Shown in pieces: positions 37,801 to 49,013 of a stretch of 64,000 nt of DNA (its first letter is position 1; each line of letters opens with the position of its first letter). Source of the stretch: Phaeosaccion multiseriatum (Eukaryota; Protista; Ochrophyta, other classes); assembly GCA_965112735.1 (NCBI GenBank), contig OZ218950.1, positions 5,828,001 through 5,892,000 of the forward strand, read 5' to 3'. A program made the translations under genes and the position numbers. Under the pieces are notes generated by a model. That model did not search any database, had not been told where the DNA came from, and worked only from the letters and a program-made list of their open reading frames with translations.

Positions 37801-39744
37801 AGCTCAAAGATGACGGCGTCAATGGGCAACCACTCGATCTGCTCCAAAGTGGTCACCAGAGGGACGAGCTTATCAACTTCCAGGCGCTTGTGGAGAGCAA
37901 TTCTCCCTGCCCCGTTGGCGCCGCCTCCTCCCCCTCGTCCTTCGTCTCTTGTTGTTGTTGTTGCTGCTGCTACTGCTGCTGCCAGCCCTTTTGCGTTTCC
38001 TCCTCCTCCTCCTCCTCCTCCTCCTCCTCCTCCTCCTCCTCCCCTACTCCCGATTCTTGCTCCAGCCCCTCTACTCTCCGACCCCTCCTCGTCGTGAAAG
38101 ACGAGCACTTCCACAATGCACGCCTTCTCGCCGCACCACAGAACAAGAAACGAAACAGAACGGACACGAGCAGACATGATCAAAGGCACACGGACGGACG
38201 GACGGACGGACGGACAGGTTGATACCAGACAACTCTAGAGGAATGAGCGGTGCAGCGAGGGGGATGAGGCACGATGATGGGCACACCATACCCTATAGAC
38301 CACACCTTACAGACTCCAATGTATTACAACCCACACCACACCACACCACACCACACCACACCACACCACCACGCTAAAGCAAAAGTAGCACACACTACAC
38401 CACAACCGCACGACGCCACATCTCAGAGGAACATGTCAATACCAGGTTCAAAGTAAGACACTTCCCTCGTACCTTCCACCCTCGAACATTCCCCCTGCTC
38501 GTGGCGTCGGCTGCCATCGCCTCGGCCCCCACACGGTGAGGGATGGACCACGTTGGGTTGCGGGTCGGTGCCAAGAGCTCACTCACGCAAAGCTCAGTGT
38601 AGCCGGCTCTACTACTCTGCCCCCCTCCCACCCCTTCACCTCTACCAGTTCCAGCGCAGGCGGCGCCTTTCCTCCTTCTGCGCCGGCGCCGTGATGGCGA
38701 TGATGGTGGTGCTCCTCCTTCCCCCCCCCCTCCTCCTCCTCCTCCTCCTCCTCCTCCTCCTCCTCCTCCTCCTCCTCCTTCTCCTTCTCCTCCTCCTCCT
38801 CCTCCTCCTCCTCTGATCCTCCCACCCTGCTCGCACAACACTTGTGGAGCGGGTCTTGCTAGGACTGGCCCTACAAGCCCTGCTAGTTCTTTTGGCTCCA
38901 CTGGCTCTTTAGGCTCTGCTGTCGTTGCTGGCGTTGCCCCTCCCTTCTCAGAGCTCCCTCCCGTGGAGTCGTCTCCTCCACTACTTGGTGAGTGGACTCC
39001 TCCACTACTTGGTGAGTGGACTGCTCCACTACTCGGCGAGCGCTGCTCCTCGGGGACCAGTACCTGTCCGCTAATCACACTTCTCGATGAGTGGACGACT
39101 GCGGCAGAGGCTGCTCCGTCGATGGGAGGAGCGAGGCCACAGCTGCAGCGAGGATCTTGACCATCCTTCTGCTGCCCCTCTGCCCCTGCTGCGCTGACTG
39201 CCGCCGCACCAACGCCATCCCCCAGACCCTCCTCGCTGTCGCTCTCGTCCTCCTTGTCACTGTCTCCGCTGCTACCCTCCCCACCGTCCCTATCCTCGCT
39301 GATGTTACCTGCCCCTCCAAGGCCCAAGAGTCTAATTTTCACTCGAGGAAGAGCCGCATGGAGCGGGGTGAGCGCAACGTATGCTTTTGGCTCGGCGGCG
39401 TGTTGGCCACTTCCTTGCCTGTCCCGCTCGTGCTGCCCCTTTCCACCCCTCTCATGTCCTCCTGCTCCTCCTCCTGCTCCTCCTCCTGGACCAGCTGGCT
39501 TAAGAAGAGACTCATTGGAGTCCCCTTGACTCAGATCGAGCTCCTCAGGGAAGTCGCCGGACAAGCTCTCGTGGTCCCGAAACCGCCCAAGGCCCCCCGC
39601 TATGTACCGCAATGGGCCACACAGAGGGAAAGAAATGAACACACAGTTGAGAGAGAAGGGATGGGGATGGAGTAAGATGAAGGCATGAAGCAGGAGGGCC
39701 GGGGGAGTCCAGGCCACAGCGACAAAGCTGCAGTACTTGTCCAT
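31813..39744 (-). CDS. UVRAG: UVRAG/Vps38-like PI3K-III complex subunit (C2-like, coiled coil, BARA2-like); start codon uncertain
   Basis: [12 protein letters not shown] and [16 protein letters not shown] (C2-like), coiled-coil exons, then IYPI...FTIRGLALP...[25 protein letters not shown]...SRSSIRD...[27 protein letters not shown]. Stop at 31813-31815. Confidence 0.82.
32595..32738. repeat. 47-bp intronic minisatellite, 3 copies
   Basis: [47 protein letters not shown] starting at 32597, 32644 and 32691. Confidence 0.93.
32833..33092. repeat. (CTCA)n microsatellite = (GTGA)n on the transcribed strand
   Basis: Directly visible; lies in an intron of the UVRAG-like gene. Confidence 0.95.
34960..35243. 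repeat. 47-bp intronic minisatellite, ~6 copies
   Basis: AAGCAAGGGGTGAAACGGCCACATGTGTTAGCAGTTCGAAGCCAAGG at 34971, 35018, 35065, 35112, 35159 and a partial copy at 35206. Confidence 0.95.
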
Positions 39745-41117
39745 GAGAAGAAGAGATAGGAGGAAACAATGGACTTGTATGGTTTGAACGAGAAGCTTGG
39801 AAACATCAAGACGAGGGGTTTAGCCGCCGCAGCAGCAGCAGCAGCAGGACAGTAGGCGGAGGAGAGAGGGGAGAAGGGGACGTCAAGTGTGTCTGACCTT
39901 CCCAGGCTTGACTCGAGGCATGCAGACCGCCCAGACTTAAGTTCCGAACGACGATTGTTTTCAGCCTTCCCAGTAGCAGCTAGAGGGGGGGGAATGGGAC
40001 GCGGTGGAGAGGGGGAAAGGGAGAGAGAGGGGTCGTGTGAGGGAGGACCAACGGGGAGCAAGAAGAGTTTTTCAGTCTCCGCTGGGTGCGGCTGTCGAGC
40101 TCGAGAAGTTCGCAAAGAGAAGATTACGGTGTACTATGAGAGCAGTTGGTTGGACCGAACGCCAACTCGACGTCCCCTTCCCCGATGAGCCCTCCCTTCG
40201 GGCGAGGCCCTGAGGCCCTGCCTGGTTAGCACCAAGAGGGTCTTGAGGGACGTCGATAGGTTTGACACTGCTCTCGCTCCTCCCTCTCTCCTCAACCCCT
40301 TCTGCGAGCACCAGCCAACAAACCTGAAGATCAACGTCTTGCATCAATCCACGTTGCTTTCCCTATCCTGCCTCTCTTGCATCAGCCTCCCTTCCCTTGA
40401 CCCCTCTGGCTCCAAGCCCTGCCATCCGACCGCCTGGAGACAATAGCGGGAATGGGACGTCAAGTACAGAGCGCCTAAAAGGGAAGATGTTTCTGTGAGG
40501 GATTGATTCTCTCTTCTCTCTCTTTCTTTCTCTCTCCAAAAAAAATAAGGTCCCGAGTTTGCGGGGATAGGTCGATTATGTCAATGAGACTTCTGTTTTC
40601 CCCTTTGATCCCTTTCCTTTGTGTTTCCTTCTCTTCTTTCTCCTCCTCCTCTCTTCTTCTCTTCTTCGACGTCATAGCTACTTGTTTACGAGGAGAAGGC
40701 AACGTGCGTCTCCCCGCCAGGATGCGAGAGAGGATGAGAGAAAGCGAGGGAGGAGTCAAACTCACTCTAGCGGGCAGTGACCAAGAGAGGGAGGATTTTG
40801 GCAATACCACCCCACAATACCATCAGTTCCTTTTATTTATGTCTTCTCTCTCTCTCTAATTCCTACCCTCTCTCCTTATATATATTGCCATGTGCCTTTT
40901 TATATATATTGCCATGGAGGCCGCGCTGATCTATCATATATTGTCTCCAGCGGTCTAACAACTCTTATCGTTACTATTCTATCCCTCTCTTCTGAGAGTG
41001 GGGTTTATATGTTAGTTTTAAACCGTCCTGTAAAAACCAAAACCCTTCCTCTCCACCCTGCTGCTTCATCTAAAAAAAAAAACGAATAATAACGTTTCAC
41101 CCCTCCCTATATAATTT

Positions 41118-43135
41118 TTAAGAACGCTTCTTCTTCGCATTACGGAAGGTCCTCCACAATACCTGATCAGGCTCCAAGCCGTCCTCCTTCAGCTCTTGCA
41201 TCAGCTCCCCCACCCGCGGCAAATGCCCCGCCTTTCCCAGCCCGTCCGCAACAATGCTGTAACTGACCACACTCGGGGACGGCGATGCCCTCTTCTTCAT
41301 TGCGCGAAGCAGGTCCACAGCCTTGTCGTGCTCCCCTGCCTTGACACACGCAGACAGGACCCCATGATACGTGCTGAGCTGGGGCCACACCACCCCCTCC
41401 TCCAGCATCCCATCGAGCGTGCTGAGGGCCTTCTCGTGCTGGCCGGCGTTGGCATACAATCCAATGCGGGTGTTGTAGCTAATCAGATCGGGTTTGAGCC
41501 CCCCGCCCTTCATCTCCTGCCACAGCTCCAGCGCTGCCTCCAGCTCCCCACCCCTCCCACAGGCGAGCATGGCCGAGTTATACGTACACACGTCCGGCTT
41601 GAGGCCATCCTCCCTCATGGCCTGCATCAGACACAACGCCTCCTTGCTCTTGCCCGCCTTGCCGCACGTCGCAATCGCAATGTTGTACGTCACCGCGTTT
41701 GGCCTTGGCCCCACATCCTGCATCTCCATGAGCATCTTCAGGGCCCCCTGGTAATCTCCCATCTTGACACACACGCTCATGGCGTTGTTGTAAGTCTCCA
41801 CATGTATCCGCAACTTGCGTCTCACCATCTTCTCTAGAATGTCCCACACCAACTCGTGCTTGCCTGTCTTGACCGCCGAAGCGAGCACCGTCTTGTAGGT
41901 GATTGCGTCCGGCTGAAGGCTGTGTCTGCCCATACGCTTGAGTAGCTGAATCGCCTCGTCGTACTCGCCGGCGCGATGGCAGGCGTTGATGGCACTGTTG
42001 AACGTGATGCGATCAGGGCGAACTTTCTTGGACTTGACCGCTGCCTCCAGCAGCCGCAGGGCCTCCTTCCACCTCCTGGTCTTGGCACAGGCGTTGATGG
42101 CTGCATTGTATGTCCTGACACTCGGTGGCACCCCCTCCTTCTCCATCTCATCCATCAACATGAAGGTTGCAGGGATATCCCCTGCCTGGCCGAAAATGCC
42201 AATGAGCGTGTTGTAATTCACCACGTCCGGTCGGCAACCTTGCTCCTTCATAAGGCGCAGCACACGCACCGCTTGGTCGTACCTGCCCGCCTTACCGCAA
42301 GCCGTCATGACGGCGTTGTACGTTACCCTGAGAAGGAAGGAAAGGGGGGAGGGGGATGTCAGATTTGGTACATAAACTTCCGTGTGTGTGCGTGTGGTTG
42401 TATGATTCGGGAAGGAAGGAAGGGAGGAATGAAAGAGGTGCATGCGCGTACTCTGCTCTACCCTTCCACCTCCTTCCCGTCTTCCCTTCGCGGCAAGCCC
42501 CTCCCCCCTCCCCCCAAGGGGACAGATAGGCACACCGTTGCTGGTATCAAAGCTCCTCCCCCTCACCTATCCGGTTCAACGCCCAAATGATGCATCTCCC
42601 GCAGCAAGTCGAAGGCCTTTGCATGTGCGCCCGTCTTGGCGCACGCGCCCACGGCAGAGTTGTAGCTAATGACATTGGGTTGGAATCCCATTTGCTCCAT
42701 CTCCGTGAGGAGAGACACCGCGCAATGCCACTGCCCGCTGAGTCCAATGGCATTAATGGCCGCATTATATATTCGCACCGAGAGCGGCAGTTGCAGGCGC
42801 TTCGCCTCCTGCAGCAGCTCCATCACCCCCTTCCAGTTCTTCTGTCGGCCTGCCCTTTGGATGCCCCCCAGCAGATCCATCGACTCCTGCTTTATACTGA
42901 AGCGATAGCCGCGATAAGGGGCGGCCGGTGGGCCTCCCCCCCCCCTCCCATGTGGCGGCAAGTCGTAAGCGTTCTGCAGCACTCCTTCCTCCTCCCTCTC
43001 GCCTTCCCAAAAGCCGTCATCCTCCCAAGGCGCCGATGGCCACTGCTGCTGCGGCTGCGGCCAGTCCTTCTGCTGTTGCCGGGGCCACTGCTGCTGCTGT
43101 GGCCACTGCTGCGGTTGCTGCCGCTGTTGTTGTTG

Positions 43136-43166
<31 letters not shown>

Positions 43167-43579
43167 TGCCGGTGATGCTGCTGCCCATCGGCCCACGTCG
43201 CTGGGATGAGAAAGAGGTCAGAGTACTTCAGTGGCGTTTTCAAGGTGACAGGCCCCGACTGCGTGCGTGCTTCCGCTGAGGACGCCAGCACCGAAGGGGG
43301 CTGCTGAGCCTGAGGGTCCTGCTCCGGCTGTTGCTGCTGCTTCTGGTCATTGGTCTTGCCCCCCCCCGAGGGAAACTGACCAAAGCTGCCGCGCTGGTTC
43401 TGGGGGGTTCTGCTGCTGGCCATGGACACCTCCACCGACCGTCCCTTAATGCATCTCTCGCTTCGACAACTCGTGGTAGTTGCAACGAAGGCCATTTCGG
43501 TTGAACGCGGGGCAGCCGCAGTAGCGCTCACCACCGCGCCGCAAGAGAGCCCCAACAGAGCCCAACCTGCCTTTGCCAT
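41118..43579 (-). CDS. pentatricopeptide-repeat (P-class PPR) protein, probably plastid-targeted
   Basis: Two exons (43579-42567, 42327-41118). Many 35-aa repeats such as PDVVNYNTLIGIFGQAG and PNAVTYNIAIATCGKAG. N-terminal hydrophobic signal followed by MAFV and a T/S/R-rich transit-like region. Confidence 0.93.
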
Positions 43580-43929
43580 GTTGGCTTACCACCCCAGCGG
43601 GGGGGGCAATACAGCAGGTCCAGCCTCACTGCAAGGGGCTAGACTGTTGCGTATTCCTTCAACGTCGTAAAAAACTTCAACGCCGTACGCGCCCGCAAGC
43701 AGGGGCGTGTCCAAACACAGGGGAGGAGGCAGGACGGCAGTAAGCTTACGTCAAAGGGACAGTTGAGAGCAAGTAGTTTGTAGACAAGCTTTCTCCTTTT
43801 GTGTCGGAATGCTGGCACATCATCGACCACACGCCGAGACTAAAGAGCTGAAACTTTTGACGTTACACAGCCACGTGACGTGTGCGTTCCCTCCCCCCCT
43901 TTCCCTCTCATCTCCCTCCCTCTCCCTCC
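43580..43929. promoter_or_regulatory. candidate bidirectional promoter with three TGACGT sites and a G-box
   Basis: ACGTCA 43748-43753, TGACGT 43858-43863 and CACGTGACGT 43872-43881 between divergent start codons. Confidence 0.4.
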
Positions 43930-45675
43930 ATGAGGGAATCGTTCAGCCATGACACTGCTGTTCCAATGCGCGTACTACCCTTTGCCAAATTGTGTGAAGT
44001 AGTCGCAGGAGGAGGAGGAGGAAGAGGAGGAGGAGGAGGAGGAGGGGGAGGAGGTGGAGGTGGAGAAGGAGCACGACTCCCCAGTTTCGCAGAGGTGGAG
44101 CACCTGCTGGTGAGCTTTGACGCTCTGAGTAGGAACGCAGTCGTAATCTTCGTTAGCCACCGCTGGCTCTCAGACGACCACCCGGACAGTGCTTCTGGAG
44201 AGGCGCTGGGCTTGGTCCTGGCGGGTCTTCGATGCATCCAGGGACTGGTCTGCAGCGACGCCGAGATCTTCGCTTGGATCGACTTCTGCTGCATCCCCAC
44301 GGACCATCAGGGTAGCACAAGAGCAAGCGAGGACGCGCTGGCGAGCATGCCTGGCTACATGGAAAGGTGCGACGTCTGCTTGTGGATATACACGGCAGCA
44401 ACAACAACGAAGAAAGGAGGGCATGGCCTTGTGTTGGGCCAAGAACAGGAGGAGGCAGGAGAGGAGGGGGAGGAGGAGGCAAGAGAGGAATTGAGGGCCT
44501 TGTCCGAGCTTTGTGGCATGCACTGGCTGCAGGAACACCCTTCCATACACGAATACACCTCCCGAGCCTGGTGCAGGTACGAAATGTTTCTTAGCGCGTG
44601 GACCCCGCCACGGCGCTCCTTCGCCGCTCAGCAGCTGGGTCGGAACACGCAGAAGCTAAGTACCCGGCCAATGCTTCTCTATGGATCGCAGCAGCGGGAC
44701 GGAATGCAGGGGCCACCAGAGAACATTCGGCGTCCTTTGCCCCTGTCCTGGTTCTGTGCTCACAACCCACTGGACGGGGCAGTATCAAACAGCGATGACT
44801 TGCAAGTGATGAGGTGGGTGTGAGTGTGAATATTGTGAGGACCTCTGAGAAGCTGCGTGGGTGCTGCAGGTCCCACCTCGATCTTGTCCTCTGTCTTCTT
44901 CTTCTCATGCCAGTCGCGGTCCTCGCTCTTGTACCTTTCTCCCTCTCTCTCTCGCTCTCAATGTGTGTACAGGAGGGGCATTGCCGCTGTGGCTCAGTGT
45001 CAGCTTATGGCCACGAAGGATGTAATGCGCCTCTCCCTACTAGGAGAGGCCGTACCACCAGCAGCCCCGACTGATCTGCCAGAGGAGAAGGACGAGACAC
45101 CCTCTCACCCGGACGGACCAGTCTCCATTGTCTTCCCCAGTGGGGACAAGTTTCAAGGCATGTGGGAAAACGGACAGAAAGTCAGCGGATCCATGACCTA
45201 CGCCAATGGAGGCGGGGTGTATACAGGAGACTTTCAAAGAGAAGGGGGTGGAGGAAGACACGGCCTGGGTACCTTCACATGCCTTGGTAGGGTAGGTGGG
45301 CCAGGCGGAGGGGAGAAGGAGACATACACGGGCGAGTGGGCCCGAGACAAGCGGTACGGCAAGGGGGAGACGATGTACCACAAAGATGGCAGCAGACACG
45401 AAGGCATGTACAGGGAAGACCTTCAGCATGGAGAAGGGGCCTGGCACTACCCCGGGGGGGAGGTCTATGAGGGCTGCTGGAGGAAGGGCGAGCGCCACGG
45501 AAGTGGGCGATTATTCCTACTCGGAGACCCCCACAATGGTGCAGGAGATAGTAGGGGTGTTGGTAGTAATCACGTCAAGCAAGTGTATGACCGGGGGCAC
45601 TTGGTGAAGGAGATGAGGCAAGTCGTCACCACGTCCAGGAGCGTGTCTCTGGGGTGTAAGTGCGTCATCGTATGA
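43930..45675 (+). CDS. HET (TIR-like) domain + MORN repeats + C-terminal CaaX protein
   Basis: Exons 43930-44813 and 44973-45675. HET motifs IFVSHRW, FAWIDFCCIP and YTSRAWCRYE. MORN repeats YTGEWARDKRYGKG, HEGMYREDLQHGEG and YEGCWRKGERHGSG. Ends CKCVIV*. Confidence 0.85.
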
Positions 45676-46526
45676 CAAGATGTGAACATACAGGGTGTCA
45701 GGAGGTGGGAGGATGTACAGGAGTGTCTAGAGAGGGAGGAGGCAGTAAGCAGCACGGAAATGATACGTCATCACACGACAATACGCATGTACAGAGAGAG
45801 TGGTGTGAAGAGGGGGATGAGGCAGTAGAAAGCAAGTAGCAGGGGACGCATTACTCTAATGCGTACCCTGGAGTGTGGGGTATGAGAGGCTCTCACACCA
45901 CAGCCGTAGGGCAATTTATGTACTGTACGACAAATACATAACTTAGATGACAGGCATTAGACATTGCCACAAGCGAAGGGGTATTCAAGCCCCTCTCCAC
46001 CCGAGGGACAGCAGGGAGGGAGGGCAGGAGGGAAAGGGTCTGACTTGTTATTGATTGATTAACAGCAAGGCTTTGGGGGAGGAGGGGGGGGGGGGCTTTT
46101 TGACGGTGGGGAGTCAGGAAGACAGCCAGACAGTGGAGGTCTGGCAATAGGATAGTGCTATAGGATAGTTCTTGTTATGGTGGGCTCCCTCCCTCCCTCC
46201 CTCTCTCCCTCTCCCTATCTATACCTACACCTACGCCTACACCTACAAACTTTGGCCCCTGAGAAGCCATACGCCCCCTCCCCACCAGCTCGCTACTCGT
46301 CTGTTCACGTAGCCTGCTCCTAGTCATGCTCCAAGCCATACTACTAGCCATACTACTAGCCATCCTACTACCCTTGCTTACTACTAGCCATACTACTAGC
46401 CAGTCTATGCGCCTTTGCTCTGTGCTTCCCTCCTCTATAGCATCCTCCCTTATCCGTATCCGTATCCTAAACTACAATCACTATTTTTATACTCAGCGAC
46501 TTGTCGACGGTATACCACCAACCAAC

Positions 46527-46923
46527 TCACAGACTCGCCGACTGTCTACGAACAACGCTCTTCACCTCCGTGAGGAAAGCTCTGTAGTCGATCCGGGCGT
46601 CGCCCCGTTTAGAGCCGAACCTCTCCTGCATGTTGGTGATACAGAGCGGAGGAATTGGTGATGCAGAGGCAAGGATAAAGAGAGAGAGGAGAGGAGAGGA
46701 GGGGACGGGAGGGGACGGGAGAGGAAGGGAGAGGAGGGGAGAGGAGAGGAGAAGATGGGAGAGGAGGGGAGAGGAAAGGAGACAAGAGGAGAGAAGGGGG
46801 GGAGAGGAGAGGAGGTGAGCAGTGAAACAGCCATCAGTAGAAGGATGTGCAGGAGGGAAAGAAGAGTATGAGAGCATGCCGGCGCAGGGGCGCGTGAACG
46901 TGTGTGCGTCTCCCCCTTGATCT

Positions 46924-46977
<54 letters not shown>

Positions 46978-47284
46978 ATCTCCCGTCCTGACACCCCCCT
47001 GCCCTCTGCCTTGACACCGACCCACCCACCCACCCACCCCCTGTCCTGACACCAACCCCACCTCGAGCGCTTCAAAGTCCTCCTCAGTGAGCCTAAGCCC
47101 GGCCAGGCCAAGGGCACTACGGAAGCGATAGGGAGTGACCAATCCATGTCTCAAGCGATCTTCAATGAGGAAGAACTCGCCGAGGTCACAGCGGCGGTCC
47201 CTTGCCATGCGGCGGACGGCCTCGAGAGCACGGGTTAGACGAGGAGTGTCGCCTGCATGTGGGTATAGTGGGGGCCGGGGCGGG

Positions 47285-47319
<35 letters not shown>

Positions 47320-48968
47320 GAGGAGGAGGAGGAGGAGGAGGAGGAGGAGGAGGAGGAGGAGGAGGAGGAGGAGGAGGAGGAGGAGGAGGAGGAGGAGGAG
47401 GAGGAGGAGGAGGAGGAGGAGGAGGAGGAGGAGGAGGAGGAGGAGGAGGAGGAGGAGGAGGAGGAGGAGGAGGAGGAGGAGGAGGAGGTGGTGGTGGTGG
47501 TGGTGGTAGAATGGGACGAGAGAGAAGAGGGTGTTTGAGTGGCGGTGGGGCGTGGGGAGGGTGCTGACAGCGAGCAGGCAGGAGGGAGGGGGGCAGGCTG
47601 GCAGGCAGGCAGACAGGCCGGCAGAGAGGCCGGCAGAGAGGCAGAGAGGCAGACAGATAGGCAGACAGACAGGCAGGCAAGTGGTCAAGCAGGCAGAGAG
47701 GGAGGTGCCCTGCGCGATGCGCTTTTGGTAGAAGTCAAGCAGCTCTTGTCTGCTTGACTTACCGTGCTTGTCTCCGTCGTCGTGCTGGGGCGCCATGGTC
47801 TGTGGCACGGCCAAGGCGGGCAAACCCTTGCTGTTGCCGCCGCTGCTGCCGGCCATGCCACTGAGCCAGGGCTGAGAGGCAGACTCGCGCAGCTCAGCGA
47901 GATACTGAGTGGCGTTGGGCACCTCCCGGGGGGTAGTGAGCGGATCCTGAGGGGGTTTGAGGTCATCGGTGTCAGGTCACAGGTGTCAGGTTACAGAGAA
48001 GGTAGAAGCACACGGGTATACAGGTAGGTGGGTATGTATGTAGGTAGGTAGGTAGGGAGGTAGGGAGGTAGGGAGGCGGGTAGGGAGGGAGGCGGGAGGT
48101 GCACACACACACACTCTCTCTCTCTCGGACATGCACCTACACACACACGGCGACTACTTGTACTACCAACTTTGTTCGCTTACCTTGGCCATCTCCACCG
48201 CTTTGAGGAAGGCCTTGCAATTGACCTCTTCTGCCCAGGGCCCCAGAGTGGGCTGTCTGAACTTGCGGCAGAGGGCGTCAAACACCCTCGCGTTGGGAAG
48301 GAGGTGCTCACGGCCTAAGGCACGCTTCATGGCCGTGGCGGTAATGTAGCCCCTGGATGGAGTGCGGATGAGGAAGGACGTGATGAGGAAGTGGGAGGGA
48401 ATAAGTCACAGAGTAAGGAGCAAGGATGGGGAATGAAGAGGGAGAGTATATGGACTTAAAAGGAATCAACCTCAGTTTTACGTCTGTGTGTGGGAATTAA
48501 GAGGGAGGAAACGGGGAGGAAAGTGGGAGGATGTAAGTCAATGGTTGTGTGGGTGGGCGGGTGTGTGAGGGAGGTGGGGGAGTGGAGGAATGGCGACGGG
48601 CATCGGCTCGTGTGTGTGGGGGGAGGGAGGGGTAGTGCCTGTTTCTCCCTCTCCCTCCTACCTGTTGTTCCTATCGAAGTCCGCAAAGAGTGCCTCTTGA
48701 TTGATCCTCCGAGCCTCCACGCGCATACTCAACTCCCTGAGGAACTGTCGCACCAACAGGTCCTCCGCTGCAGTTGGCGACGGCAGTATGTCGCACACGC
48801 CTGCCAGCTTGCCGGTCACGTCCCTCGCCTCGCGCATGCTGGCCGCTGGGGATGGCAGTCGATGGGTGGAAGTGGATGGGGGTGGGGAGAGTGAGAATCA
48901 CACATACATGCACACACACACAACACACCCTTCCCCCATCGCCTACCACACGCGCGCACACACACACT

Positions 48969-49013
<45 letters not shown>

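Noticed and set aside
46330-46402. CTACTAGCCATA 12-mer repeats
   Set aside because: Short slippage repeat in a 3' UTR/intergenic region with no further structure.
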